A DNA stretch of 64,000 nt from contig JAQGDQ010000452.1 of assembly GCA_030141605.1 (NCBI GenBank), forward strand, positions 125,503 through 189,502. The letters run 5' to 3'. The translations under genes were made by a program, and so were the position numbers. The DNA comes from Tubiluchus corallicola. Its lineage: Eukaryota; Animalia; Priapulida. Shown one piece after another: positions 25,871 to 39,734 of the stretch (positions within the stretch are counted from its first letter, which is position 1; each line of letters begins with the position of its first letter). The notes beneath the pieces are model-generated. The model did no database searches. It was not told where the DNA came from and saw nothing but the letters and a program-made list of their open reading frames with translations.

Positions 25871-27135
25871 TCTGCGCATATGATATTCCCAAATTCCCGA
25901 ATGTCAACAGCTCTAAACGTAATGTATGATCTTCAAACCTCTATTAGCTTCAGACGTCGTCCTCCCTTACACATGCATATAGGCTCATGCTCTGGACCTA
26001 CACTAACTAATTTAATTAAGAATTTGATGACATCTTTATTGCCACTATTGAGTGCTGTGATTAAAATTACAAGTAACTTTGCCCCCATTGCTGGCATGAT
26101 TTAATTTACATCAAAGTCCCCGGGAGAGTAAAATTGAGCACACATTTAATATGATTTTGAAGAGATGACACAATCGTGTCATCAGAATTGATGTAAAACT
26201 AGTTGCACCATCAGCTCTTTGATTCTTGATAACAGAAAATCAGCCTTGGAAACTGGCCGTCCCATGTCACGCCAAGTGCCTAGATTAATCTAATTGATTT
26301 CTTAATTGCAACATCGCGTGTGCTGTAAATCTCAAATCTGGGATGTCTGAATACATTCCTGTTCTCAGCAACCTCTAACATAGAAACAGAAACAGTCAAG
26401 AATTGGTTCGTCAACATTCACGTCTATAATAACTATCTGTACATCAGCACGGTTTGTTAGAATTTAGAGAATCATTTCGATTCTATTACCATTGTGGTTC
26501 TGGCAAGTCTAACTGCAATGTAGGTTTATGAGAGACCTTCAGAACAAGTAGCTTCGCTGCAGCTAATCTCACACTTGGTGCATTTAATTGCATGAATAGC
26601 CTGTCATTTACACAAGTGCACACACTCTTAAGACTCATCCACATTGATTAGGCTTGTGTGGCTTCTCTCTGATCTGTTCAGCATTAAATAGCCAATCACT
26701 ACTTAAATCAGCAGGGCTGGAATAATTGGGTAACATCCTTTGATGTAGATGCTGCAATTAATGCAACTACAGGGCCACAAGCGTGTTTTGCACCTGGCTA
26801 ACATATAGAAAATAACACAAACGTATTAATTAGAGTGTATTAAGGCATTTATACTCTTTGCTGCTTGCTGGTCTGATTCTATCTGAGTTAACATGAAAAT
26901 TTTACCTGATTTAATAAAGAACTTCCCCAATGAAGAAATCAATAGACACGATGTATCTATCACAATGAACAATCTTCACTCTTCGAGTAAAAGATGAAAA
27001 CAGAACAAAAACTTGCAGAAGAGCTATAAACTAATTTTTTGAACTTTTGTCTTTATTATAACAACACTGTCACTAACAGAAAAACATGAGAGTGCTATAT
27101 AGTGCTAATTGTGCAGTCTTAGTAACGCCAGATAA

Positions 27136-27379
27136 GTGACGAAAAGTACATCAGAAGTTTACCTGAGTTAAGATAATATTTACAGTATTCACAGCACAAA
27201 CTACATGTATAGTTTTATAGCACATGGCTTAAATAAATACATTTACCATAGCCAATGACGATAAAGTACATCAGAAGTTTACCTGAGTTAAAATAATATC
27301 TACAGTATTCACAGCACAAACTACATGTATAGTTTTATAGCACATGGCTTAAGTAAATACATTTACTGTAGCCAATGAC
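27136..27379. repeat. 120-bp tandem duplication
   Basis: aagtacatcagaagtttacctgag at 27144 and 27264. Confidence 0.92.
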
Positions 27380-28082
27380 AAACAGTTAAGAAAAAACCTT
27401 ATAGTATTCGCAGTTTGAGCCAAATTATATTAGCAAGTTGGAACTGTTAAAAATGCACTAATTACTAACTTATTTACTAACGCGTGATTCCCATTTGAGT
27501 CTGTAGATTGATTCATAAGGTTGCAGCATCTCTGATAAGTGACACACAAAACATAAGAGTGACTCTGGATTTAGCAAAAAGAAAAAAACAAATGACCTTC
27601 AAGATCCTATTAACCAGTTGCGTTTCTAGTTAGTCAACTGTTTTTTCTTGAAGGTTGCTTGTGAAAAAGAGACCTTAGCAACAAATCAACTAAATGGTTT
27701 AGTTCTTCTCGAGTTTTGTTGGCTGTTTGAAAGCTTTCGCTTGGTTAAATTGGACATCTGACATATCAGTTCTACACATCTCACGCATCAGTGTTACATA
27801 TCTGACAAGTCAGTTTAAGTTTGACAGTTACTACAGTAATGTTACTGCTACTCTGAACACTATAATCATCAGCAGACTTGTGATTACTGAAATATCATCA
27901 TTTTTGTCTTTTTAAATGTGTTGGCATCATTTTGTAGGATTAAACTGATAACTGAGGATTAAGAAGTATTTCTCCAGTTTGCTTGTCTTGTTTTGTAGAA
28001 ATTCATCTGAATGCATTTGTTAGTTCGTTTCAAAAACAAAAGCAGGAGATTCTGATATGACAAAAATTTAATTTGTCTTGTT

Positions 28083-28835
28083 TAGCACATTAACACTTAA
28101 ACGTGAATACAGTATAATAACTGACTCCTGCTGGAAGGATGTTTTTCCATGTTACAGCTGACCGTCGCGGAAGGGTTCGCAGCAGCTTTCAACTCCTATG
28201 ATTGTCACCATGTGGCCATAGAGACAGCAGTTAACATTAACATTAGCTCATTACCATTTCTTTGTGAATATTGTTTAATAACTGATTCCCAGTAGCTTTC
28301 AACTCCAATGATTGTCACGGGAAGGGGGGTGGGAGACACTGAGGTATCAATTGATATTAACATGTCAATGTTAGCATTAATATTAATATAAGCACATTAA
28401 CATTTCAACGTAAATACAGCTTGATAACCGATTCCTGGATAAAGGATGTATTTCGAGATTACAACTAACGGTCGCCGAAGGGTTGGCAGTAGCTTTAAAT
28501 TCCTATGATTGTCACCAGGTGGCCACAGAGGCATCAGTTAACATAGCATTAGCTCATTAACATTTCTTCGTTAATACAGTTTAATAACTGATCCCAGTAG
28601 CTTTCAACTCCTACAATTGTCGCTGAGGGGTGGGGGGGGGGCGGGGCAATGGGGCATCAATTAACATTAACTTGTCAATGTTAACGTAAACTTTAGCATT
28701 AGCACATTAACAATTTTTCTGTCTTGAGCACCAGCCAGCTTGCTCATAATAGCTTTACAGTTAACCATCACTGAAGGGTTTCCAGTAGCTTTCGACTCCT
28801 ATGATTGTCACCAGGTGGCCAGAGACGCATCAATT
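28083..28835. repeat. Diverged tandem repeat, period about 308 bp, about 2.5 copies with internal sub-repeats
   Basis: agcacattaaca near 28084, 28392, 28701; agctttcaactcctatgattgtcac recurs. Confidence 0.8.
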
Positions 28836-29000
28836 TCCGGAAACTGATGACTCTTAAATTTGATTTTGTGAGTTGTAAGTTTGAAGTCGCCTTGACAGTT
28901 TGATTGTTTGCTTGAGGCGATTACAGAGCTTTCCTAGTCGTAGCCGTTAAATATTTCAAGAATGTGAAAGTTATTTGATTCACTGTTTTTTCCGTTGCAG

Positions 29001-29092
29001 GTCGTTCCCAAGGACTACAAAACCATGCAGGCGCTGTCAAAAGCCATCGAGAAGAACGTTCTATTTTCACACCTGGATGAGAACGAGAAAAG
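29001..29092 (+). CDS. PRKAR1: PKA-RI exon ([30 protein letters not shown])
   Basis: ttgcag|...AG|gtgagt, 92 nt, conserved RI sequence. Confidence 0.97.
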
Positions 29093-30677
29093 GTGAGTCA
29101 CGTCACGTGTTCCGTACAGTTGTTCCCAGTTTAAAGACGGTTAAGTGGTTACATTTCACGAGAAGGCTGTCCTGACTTTCAAGAAGCACTTTGTCATATT
29201 TCAAGCTGCTTTGTAGAGTGGAGGAGAATAGAAATGGTTTCCTAATAGTGTGCTGAAAATAAAATTAATGTTCAGAGAATTGAGTTGACAGGAAATTGGC
29301 TTTCTTGCAAGAAAAGTCGTATGTCTTGGTTACTTTACCGTTGTCTTCTAATGACACTTTACCATTACCATCAACAGTCAAGGCAGGTTATTTTAAACTT
29401 GAATGATTTTGTACTTGGCTTTCATTACATGCGTAGTTGAACCACATTTGCACGTTGTCATGTACAAACTAATCAAGTGAACCCTGTTGGTGTTTTATTT
29501 TCACATTAAACTTTTGCCACGAGGCTCGGAAATCTTTTAAAATTTATAGATTTCTCCCAGTTATTCGTCTAATTTGTAAAATACTAGTCATAAAGTTCGT
29601 TGAAAATTTGTGTAGATTAGATATCCTATAGATTTTTGAAAATTTAAGGCCTACCTTAAGTTTAAAGTTATCTTTCCATTCTTTTCAAAATCAGCTTGGT
29701 GGCCATCTTGGATCCAGTGGCTAATGATTCCAAAAATATATAGTTTTGCAAATCTGCAAAAAAATTAACGAAAATACACGAGGAACAAGACTATATTCCT
29801 GGAATACTAAAGACAAATAAACAATCATTTTCTATTCATATTTTCACATTGTTTTGCATTTAAACATTGACTTACACAATTCAGTTGTTATTCATGTCAC
29901 GGGCAGCACCATCTTTCGTTTACCAAACACATTTCGTTTAGAATGTGGCGCATCATTTTTGGCATCCATTCATTTCGAATACATTTTTATTGTGCACAGT
30001 TTTCAACGTTGGCGTTAAGTAAAGTTTCATACTTGTCGCTCGCGCTTATAGATTACTGTATTACCATACTTCTATTTTCGTCGCTAAGTAATGATCTATT
30101 AGCATTTTGTTTCACGGATAAATGAAAAATCTTGTTCTTTGAAATTTGAGAAAATAAAAGCGTTGCGTGACAGAATAAACAGCATAACTAAACCAGCCAG
30201 TAATCCTTTCTTTTAGATTTTTGCTCAGTTTTCGATTTGATTGAGCCAGCTGGTGGCTTAATATATTGAGCATTATCTATTCTGTTTGTGGTGTGTTAAA
30301 GGTAGTAGCTTTAATCTTGAACACTAAAGGCTCTTGTAGCTTGTCATGTACAAATCGAGTTGAAATTTTGTGACCTTTTACAGATAGTTGCAGGGCTCGC
30401 GTCTATAAGCTTGTTACTTCCTACGCACTGCATTGTGCCATCATACACACTTTTGCCTCTTGCTGTTTATGAAGGTTTTCGTGTTAAGTGCATTACTTTA
30501 CAGCAACTATAGCAATCGTTTTTCCTCAATGCCCGTAAAAATATTTCAGGCTTTTTCCTTTCAAGACTGTATTTGAAATAATTGATTTCCTGCTACTGGA
30601 AAGGTAGTTGATTTTTCCACATTCTTACATCATTAAATCCGACATTGTTTAGCAGCTGTTAAGAAGAGGATCTTGTC

Positions 30678-31995
30678 CAAGTACAATCATCATCTCATAC
30701 GACTCTCGCAAGTACAATCATCATCTCATACGACTTTTGCAAGTACAATCATTATCTCATACGACTTTTGCAAGTACAATCATTATCTCATACGACTTTT
30801 GCAAGTACAATCATTATCTCATACGACTTTCGCAAGTACAATCATTATCTCATACGACTTTCGCAAGTACAATCATTATCTCATACGACTTTTTCAAGTA
30901 CAATCATGATCTCATACGACTTTTGCAAGTACAATCATTATCTCATGCGACTTTTGCAAGTACAATCATTATCTCATGCGACTTTTGCAAGTACAGTCAT
31001 TATCTCATACGACTTTTGCAAGTACAGTCATTATCTCATACGATTTTTGCAAGTGCAGTCATTATCTCATACGACTTTTGTAAGTGCAGTCATTATCTCA
31101 TACGACTTTTGTAAGTACAATCATTATCTCATACGACTTTTGCGAGTACAATCATTATCTCATACGATTATTGCAAGTGCAGTCATTATCTCGTACGACT
31201 TTTGCAACTACAATCGTTATCTCATGCGATTTTTGCAAGTACAGTCATTATCTCATACGATTTTTGCATGTGCAGTCATTATCTCATACGACTTTTGCAA
31301 GTACAATCATTATCTCATACGACTTTTGCAAGTGCAGTCATTATCTCATACGACTTTTGCAAGTACAATCATTATCTCATACGACTTTTGCAAGTGCAGT
31401 CATTATCTCATACGAGTTTTGCAAGTACAATCATTATCTCATACGACTTTTGCAAGTACAGTCATCATCTCATACGACTTTCACAAATACAATCATTATC
31501 TCACACGATTTTTGCAAGTGCAGTCATTATCTCATACGACTTTTGCAAGTACAGTCATTATCTCATACGACTTTTGCAAGTGCAGTCATTATCTCATACG
31601 ACTTTTGCAAGTACAATCATTATCTCATACGACTTTTGCAAGTACAGTCATCATCTCATACGACTTTCACAAGTACAATCATTATCTCACACGATTTTTG
31701 CAAGTGCAGTCATTATCTCATACGACTTTTGCAAGTACAATCATTATCTCATACGACTTTTGCAAGGGCAGTCATTATCTCATACGACTTTTGCAAGTAC
31801 AATCATTATCTCATACGATTTTTGTATGTGCAGTCATTATCTCATACGACTTTTGCAAGTACAGTCATTATCTCATACGACTTTTGCAAGTGCAGTCATT
31901 ATCTCATGCGACTTTTGCAACTGCAGTCATTATCTCATACGACTTTTGCAAGTGCAGTCATTATCTCATACAACTTTTGCAAGTACAGTCATTAT
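30678..31995. repeat. 31-bp minisatellite, about 42 copies
   Basis: Unit tacaatcattatctcatacgacttttgcaag; explains the long ORFs in all three + frames. Confidence 0.98.
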
Positions 31996-32288
31996 CTACC
32001 TAAGACATATATAACAAGTTAACAAGTTTAAAACCTTGGCTGTCACTGACGAATAGCTGGTTGATTGTTATCTACCTAAGACGTATATAACAAGTTAACA
32101 AGTTTAAAACCTTGGCTGTCTCTGACGAATAGCTGGTTGATTGTTATCTACCTAAGACGTATATAACAAGTTAACAAGTTTAAAACCTTGGCTGTCTCTG
32201 ACGAATAGCTGGTTGATTGTTATCTACCTAAGACGTATATAACAAGTTAACAAGTTTAAAACCTTGGCTGTCTGTGACGAATAACTGT
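31992..32288. repeat. 76-bp tandem repeat, about 4 copies
   Basis: ttatctacctaag at 31992, 32068, 32144, 32220. Confidence 0.95.
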
Positions 32289-32524
32289 GAAACCGAAAGT
32301 TGATATCAATAACTAATAGTTCTCGTGATAATGACAATACAATACACCGTAGTAGCTAATATACACGAAGAACACACTTCATAGCATTAATTGCATTTAA
32401 TTATCAACACATTGGCAAAATATCTCAAACATAAGGAAAAACATTAAGTTGAATACTAAAATCATCACTTAAAACTGCATGTAAAATGCAAGTGTAACAA
32501 CGATTTTTTTTTTATTATTTCTAG

Positions 32525-32586
32525 CGACATCTTTGATGCGATGTTTCCAGTAATGCACTTGGGTGCTGAGACTGTAATCAAGCAAG
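32525..32586 (+). CDS. PRKAR1: PKA-RI exon (SDIFDAMFPVMHLGAETVIKQG)
   Basis: tttctag|...G|gtaaat, 62 nt, phases match neighbouring exons. Confidence 0.97.
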
Positions 32587-32667
32587 GTAAATTTCAATAT
32601 TAATCGTATGCTGAATTAGAATTGTTCCTCACGTTAAGCAAAGAAATATGTAAAGATATATTTGCTT

Positions 32668-33118
32668 TTGTGATGGGCCGATCAGCATTTCCGGGTAACA
32701 AACCGATCATGAACCTGTCAGCTTTGCTCTTCACCTATAATTGGCTGATCACTGATCGATCACAAGTTGGATCAATACATAAATATTTCTGCTGGAAAAT
32801 TATTTTTAAACTGTTGTCATTGGTTTTTTACACTTCAAAAGATATTACCCACATGAGTTCGTCATCATTTATTTGTAATCATTTATCTGATTTTCAGAAC
32901 TTAATTAATTTTATCAATACAATCAAGTAAAAACGAAATGTATCATTGGAACTCTGAAGCTTTGCTGGACTTCCTAAATTATTGATTTTTATGTTAAGGT
33001 TAACCATCTTATTTCTGTGCTGTGTGATAGGCTCAATAGTTAACGGAAAACGATCAATAACGAGCCGATCAGAACTTGTTGACTATTATCGATCACTGAT
33101 TGGCTCGGCCCATCACTA
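32668..33118. mobile_element. hAT-like MITE
   Basis: TIR t(t/a)gtgatgggccga / tcggcccatcacta; 8-bp TSD atttgctt/atttgcta. Confidence 0.8.
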
Positions 33119-34677
33119 ATTTGCTATCCAATAAAACGTTCTTTTAGTGACGTACTGGTGTTAGCTACGACAAAAATTCTGTAATTTGGTATCACTTTTC
33201 TTACCGTCGGTATAAAATCATTGATTTTGAAACTTCGGGGAAAAAACCCATGATTTTCAAATCGAGATCTCCATCCAAGAGGCGGGCATTTCTACGAAGC
33301 CATTAGCTGCACCACGTGACCGCAAACGTAACAGTAGTAAAGTATGGAACCTCTCATTCACACGTAATGTCACTACCTCATGTTGGAGTTCGTCATTTCT
33401 ATAGGTCTTAGACCAAAAGAACGTTCATTTTCTTATTTTTTTATTTATTTATTAGATAATTTTGACTGCTTTGTCTGTAACTTCTGGGCAGAAACCATTT
33501 TGCTTTTATTTCGGAGTGAACAACATGGTTTTTCATGATGCAAATAATAATAATAATAATCTAATAATAATAATCTTTTTATTTATCTTGTAACACACGC
33601 ACAGTTATAATACAATAATTTGGAAACAAAAATGTGAAGAAAATGCAGCGAAAGACAAATTGGTCATCTAATCAGCTGCCCTTTGGTTAGTGATGAATAT
33701 TTTTATAGGCGCTATGCTACAGTGTATTAGTGTTAGTACTGCTTATAATAAAAATTTAATTGTTGCGAATGACATTAAATTGATATGCTTTATAACGTGT
33801 TAGTACAATTCATACACAGTAATAATCAGTGCATAATAAAAAAAATCAAATTGAAAATAACTGAAATAAAACTGGACTGAAATAAGAACAGAAATAAAAA
33901 TCTGACAACAGAAACATAATAACAATGGCAACTGAAATATACTTTATAACACAAGCATAATTCTTAGACATAAGCAAGCGAATGTATAATGGAGTCATAA
34001 TATATCATATTAATGTAAAAAATTACAGAGCGATTTTTGATAAAGTTTTAAGAAAAGGATTTTTTAAGAAATGGATTTATGCGTTTATCCACTCTAACAT
34101 GAGGTGGTGGTATTTTATCGTAATGGGAGTTGTTTACAAAATCTTTTAGATATAAAGAATGTGAACGTACAAACATTCTAAAACATGCGTAAAGACTTCC
34201 GAAAAATCTTAGCAGAAAATGTAATCAATAACACCTTTTATTCAAAATGTTAGGGTAAGCTTTTGTCGTGAATTATTAAGACTGGTATTAAAATTTTCCA
34301 CGAAAAGACGTAGGTGCTCTGCGTAAGTTTGTTATCTTTGACAAGCAGCAAATATTAAACCGAGGATTAAAGTTTTTCTTTGTGTTTGCGAGCGTCTTAC
34401 GTTTCGTCAATTTTGAAGATTTTGACAGCCTTCGTTTTGACGGCTCACTGCCTGTCACGCCGCGTTGTGTTGTGAAAACGAGTTAAATATTTAAGCGTCA
34501 GCTAAACAAATATTCCAGCAAAATTTAACGCAAATTTTTCAAATTCTCCTTACCCTAATGTGATTAAAATTATGCACAAATATTTGTGATCAACAATCAA
34601 TTATTTTGAATATAACCATCTTCTCGAACAGCGTGTTCAGATTAGCAAGTTTTCTTGCGAAGTAATTTACAAACATG

Positions 34678-35352
34678 TTCAGACTAGAGAGCAACACTCC
34701 CTTCTCTATTCACTACAAGAAGTGTCGAGAATAACTTGCTGAGGTATTCTCACTAGACACCTATTATTCAGACTAGAGAGCAACACTCCCTTCTCTATTC
34801 ACTGCAAGAAGTGTCAAGAATAACTCGCTGAGGTATTCTCACTAGACACCCATGTTGAGACTAGAGAGCAACACTCCCTTCTCTATTCACTGCAAGAAGT
34901 GTCGAGAATAACTTGCTGAGGTATTCTCACTAGACACCTATTATTCAGACTAGAGAGCAACACTCCCTTCTCTATTCACTGCAAGAAGTGTCGAGAATAA
35001 CTTGCTGAGGTATTCTCACTAGACACCTATTATTCAGACTAGAGAGCAACACTCCCTTCTCTATTCACTGCAAGAAGTGTCGAGAATAACTTGCTGAGGT
35101 ATTCTCACTAGACACCCATGTTCAGACAAGAGAACAACACTCCCTTCTCTATTCACTGCAAGAAGTGTCGAGAATAACTCGCTGAGGTATTCTCACTAGA
35201 CACCTCAGACCAGAGAACAACACTCCCTTCTCTATTCACTGCAAGAAGTGTCCAGAATAACTCACTGAGATATTCTCACTAGACACCTCAGACTAGAGAG
35301 CAATACTCCCTTCTCTATTCACTGCGAGAAGTGTCGAGAGTAACTAGACACC
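34678..35352. repeat. 89-bp minisatellite, about 7.5 copies, each with an internal inverted repeat
   Basis: agactagagagcaac at 34681, 34770 and onward. Confidence 0.96.
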
Positions 35353-36069
35353 AGTAACTCACAGCAATTGTTGGAGAATTTGCAATAATTTTGTCGACAT
35401 TAAAGCAGTTCACATTTGCGAGTTTGCTTTCAGAGAGAAAACGCGTGACAGAAAACTCACTAATCTGAACGCTCCGTAATGAATAATGGGGTTAATTATT
35501 GCCTTTTTAAGCGGTTATTTTCCAGACTTTATTTTAATTCAATCTCTAATTCTTGCACCCATTTTTCACGCATACAATGCAAACGCAAGCTCGCTACATA
35601 GTTTTAGAAATTTGTTCAATATGTCAGGGAAACGTTTGCTTTGTTTCATGTTGTGAGTTGATATAATTTGTTACCCTTTCTTCTGTATCACTAACATCGT
35701 GTGTTTTCCACTTGTAATTTGTTGATTTGTTTCATTATGTGCTTGAAAACGGAAAAATAAATTGTCTATGTCTATGATGAGTTCCTTTACAGTAGGTTGT
35801 TGTTCTTGCGCAATCTAAATTGTTCAATATTAATGTGTTAATGCAGATAAAATTTATTGCCGCACAACTTGTAAAGCATTATTTTGCTTGCAGTGTTCTT
35901 GCATTAAAATGGGCTTTAATTATTTTTTTCCATTTGGCAAGTGAGTATCGAACCCGCTGCCAGCGTGTTTCATTGAAATTACGTGTAGTTCAAACAAAGT
36001 GTTAAGAAACATCTTTTCTTATGGAACAACCTGCATCACAATGAGGTGTTTTTTCTAAATCATTTTCAG

Positions 36070-36215
36070 GCGACGAAGGTGACAACTTCTATGTTATTGA
36101 CCAGGGCGAGGTGGAGGTCTTCGTGAACGACGAACAGGTCACGACTATCGGAGAGGGAGGGAGCTTCGGAGAGCTAGCTCTTATTTACGGCACACCTCGG
36201 GCAGCTACCGTGAAG
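36070..36215 (+). CDS. PRKAR1: PKA-RI exon, cAMP-binding domain A with phosphate-binding cassette
   Basis: [48 protein letters not shown]; ttttcag| and AAG|gtattc. Confidence 0.98.
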
Positions 36216-36369
36216 GTATTCGGCTTGTGCGATTTCTCGCCGTTTCAAACACGACTTACTAAAACTGATTTGTTAAATACTTAAAAATTATGAACTTCAC
36301 TTTGTTTTTATACAGTTTCCTCCTGTCTAGAATCCAACATTTCAGCATTTAAGAACATCGGCTACTTAA

Positions 36370-36869
36370 AGGAAAACTGGATGATTGTATATACATCAGT
36401 TCTGAATAAAGAATGCTCTAGAATATTGAAAACAAAAATACCTGTTTTTAAATCAAAGCTTAGATTAAATGATAATTACCTCGGATACTCAAATTTTGTT
36501 AAATTTTCAAAGCTCAGTGAATTTACTAAATTGACAACATTCGCATGGCCGACAAATAGAAGGCGGTACCGTGATCAGCATGATCATGAACTGCAGTGTT
36601 AGTTTCTGATGTCATATGACGTAGAGCCCATTTTCATGATGTCACGCGTTTAAGCAGTAACACTTACGCAAACGTGCTTGATACACAAGGGAAGATGCCT
36701 ACCATTGCACAAACTGTGGTTAGTTTCTGACGTAAGCAATAGCTGTGTTAGGTTACTTTCTAAGCTAATTATTCAAATATAAGAAACAATTGCTAACTTT
36801 TATAGAAAATGTATACTTCGGACAGTAAATTAAAATGAGATTGAGTCTAAACAATCGTCCGGTTTTTCT
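36370..36869 (+). mobile_element. Kolobok-like non-autonomous element, family A
   Basis: ttaa|aggaaaactggatgattgt ... acaatcgtccggtttttct|ttaa; similar to 60025-60566. Confidence 0.85.
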
Positions 36870-37812
36870 TTAACATTGATGTTTATGGCAGCACCTGGCT
36901 CATTATGAAGATGAGGCACTAAACTGGCAAAGATGTTTCATGCAAAGTTGAAATGCATATGATATCCTTCAGGTATCAGGTAAATAGCCAGGATCAGTAT
37001 GACGAATGAAACCACCTGGAGTGAGTATTGAACTCGGGTATTCATGAGCCATTCACTGACCAACCTCAATGCACAATGTGTCCCCACATTGAATAAATTA
37101 CTTCAGCGTGTGTGATATTTCTTAAGTGCTAATTAATCCACTGTGTAACTTTTCATGTGTTCAAATTCTCGTTGTGCGATTGTTTTAAAAATGGTGCTAC
37201 ATGAGTGAACATTGAATGAGTGAGTGAGAAACGTAGTAGGGAAAAAACAAAAAGGCAAAAATGGATCGTTTGATGGAGAAATGAATAAGCCTAAATGATT
37301 GATTGACTGAAGGTTAACATGTATCATTAATTACGAACAGTAAAATTAAATAAATTAACGAAAAACTAAGATGATAAATGAGGAAATGAAAAAGGCAAGA
37401 ATTGATGAAGATTAAGAGAGGAAAGGGAGAAAGAGAAGGTGACAGAAGGACAGATAGAGATCGAGCGAGAGAAAGGGATCGTCAAAAATGAGTCGGAAAA
37501 GTCTCAGCAAATTTAGCAACATCTAGAAATCTTTGAAACACACTTTATTTAGACGTCACCAGTCTGTGACACGTACGGTATTTTATCGTTTTTACCTTCT
37601 TTATGATACAGTGCGTTTACTTTAGAATTTCCCCATTGTTAGTGCAGTAGTTACAACGTCTTGGAAGAAATTGCCACTAAAAGCTTTTTTGTGAGTAAAA
37701 GCTTCGAAGATTGCCAGCTTAATAAAAGAAATTACAAGCAAAAGAACAGAATGAACAATAAATGAAATTTAGCATCAGCGTTTTGAAGTCGTAGAGACAG
37801 CCATTGTCAAGA

Positions 37813-38330
37813 TCAGTTGATGTAGCACATGAGAACATGCTCACCATGTAGGCAGTTGACATTGAATGTAGCACATGAGGACATATTCACCATGTAGGCA
37901 GTTGACATTGAATTTAGCACGTGAGAACACATTCACCATGTAGGCAGTTGACATTGAATGTAGCACGTGAGAACATACTCACCATGTAGGCAGTTGACAT
38001 TGAATATAGCACCATGAGAACACATTCAGCATGTAGGCAGTTGACATTGAATGTAGCACGTGAGAACACATTCACCATGTAGGCAGTTGACATTGAATGT
38101 AGCACATGAGAACACATTCACCATGTAGGCAGTTGACATTGAATTTAGCACATGAGAACACATTCACCATGTAGGCAGTTGACATTGAATGTAGCACATG
38201 AGAACACATTCGCCATGTAGGCAGTTAACATTGAATGTAGCACATGAGAACACATTCGCCATGTAGGCAGTTGACATTGAATGTAGAACATGAGAACACA
38301 TTCACCATATGTAGGCAGGTGACATTGAAA
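37813..38330. repeat. 46-bp minisatellite, about 11 copies
   Basis: Unit agcacatgagaacacattcaccatgtaggcagttgacattgaatgt. Confidence 0.96.
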
Positions 38331-38539
38331 TGCAGCGAAGTTTTATCATAGGTTGTAATATTGACAAATGTAATTTTCATTTTAAGGAAAACTTTAAAGC
38401 AGTATCAGAAAATAATGATAAAATGAAATATGATCATTTTAAAATATTTTAAGAAAAGGAATATTTACTTAAGGATGCCCGTTCTTTTGCAAGTTTAGAG
38501 TGAATCTGAAATTTGTGTAAACATAAATTGCTTCCTTAA

Positions 38540-39381
38540 AGGAAAACTCAAGTCTCGTGTGAAGTTGAGCTTATTTTAATATATGAGAAAGTTTCAGCAA
38601 TAAAATTGTGATGTGGGCCCAGTGTAAGTAGTAAAATCAATTTAAAATTGCGATCTTTCCAAGCTTGGGTGAGCGTATTTTGAATGAAAAATGGCATCAA
38701 CTGTTACCATGTAATACAAACACGACATGCCAGGTGCTTGAGCAATTTTTTTGCAGGTCCAGTTAAAATTCTCAACTATAAACAATCCAAAACGTTAAAC
38801 TAACGATTATTAATAGTATTTTGCTTTTTGATGATCTCATTGCCCACTATGTAATCAAAAACAGTTACTGATGGTAATATAATAACCCGAAGTTAACCCC
38901 GACAAAGTAATAAAATAATTATTTTAACAAGCTAAATCTGAACTCTGTAAACTAAGTAACCCACCTGTCACCTACAAAATGCTCCAAGAATTGCATGCAG
39001 ATTTGAAAGTCAACAAAAGTCTGTGAATTAATCGTTTACACATTGCACAATGCTAACACATTCTAAGGTTTAATCCTATGAATTAAAGTTATTCTGATGA
39101 CTAATTTCTACATAAACACAATTAAACACAATGCTTGAATAACGGGCAACTTCTGAGTGAACTACAGAAATTTTGCAAGGCGTACCGTCACTACATCCGT
39201 GCTGTCCACCAGCTTACGTCATTTTTTCAAATATGCTCGTGGCAAGGTTCGTTTGGCGGTAGATACGAGTGATTTCAATTTCTTTTGCATTTTTAAGCAG
39301 CACATATATATTGTGATAATTTCAATATTTTTAAGTGTATATTAAAATACAATGAATGTTGTTTGGGAATTGATTTTTCCT
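38540..39381. mobile_element. Kolobok-like non-autonomous element, family B
   Basis: ttaa|aggaaaactcaa ... ttgatttttcct|ttaa (11/12 TIR); a related terminus lies near 45800-45818. Confidence 0.75.
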
Positions 39382-39734
39382 TTAACTAGTAACAACAAGA
39401 AATTTGATTGTTGTCTGTACTAGTTGCACAAATAATGTACAGAGTGGTCATATATCATTTTCAAGCACATTTTTTGAAATATTTTATTAAAATTATTATA
39501 TATATATAAAATAATCTGATCTAATATACTATGGGTGTTTGTTTAATAATGCTGGAGTAAGTGCAGGCTACTTATTCATGTTACAATCTTTTCTTCTGTT
39601 AGTTTTGTTATGCACTTATCATAGTTATTGTTGCTAGCTTAGTGCTGCTCCATTCTGTTTTTATGTCAATAAACAAAATTTCCTAAACTGTTTTATTAAA
39701 TTCCGAATCTACTAGTCGTGATAATATCCTTCGC

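Noticed and set aside
30673-32022. Long ORFs of 270-411 aa
   Set aside because: They are translations of a nearly stop-free 31-bp minisatellite, open in all three frames, inside a PKA-RI intron.
32040-32305. CTGACGA...GAAA as a tandem hammerhead array
   Set aside because: The copies with CTGACGA lack GAAA, the copy with GAAA has a mutated core, and no convincing stems could be drawn.
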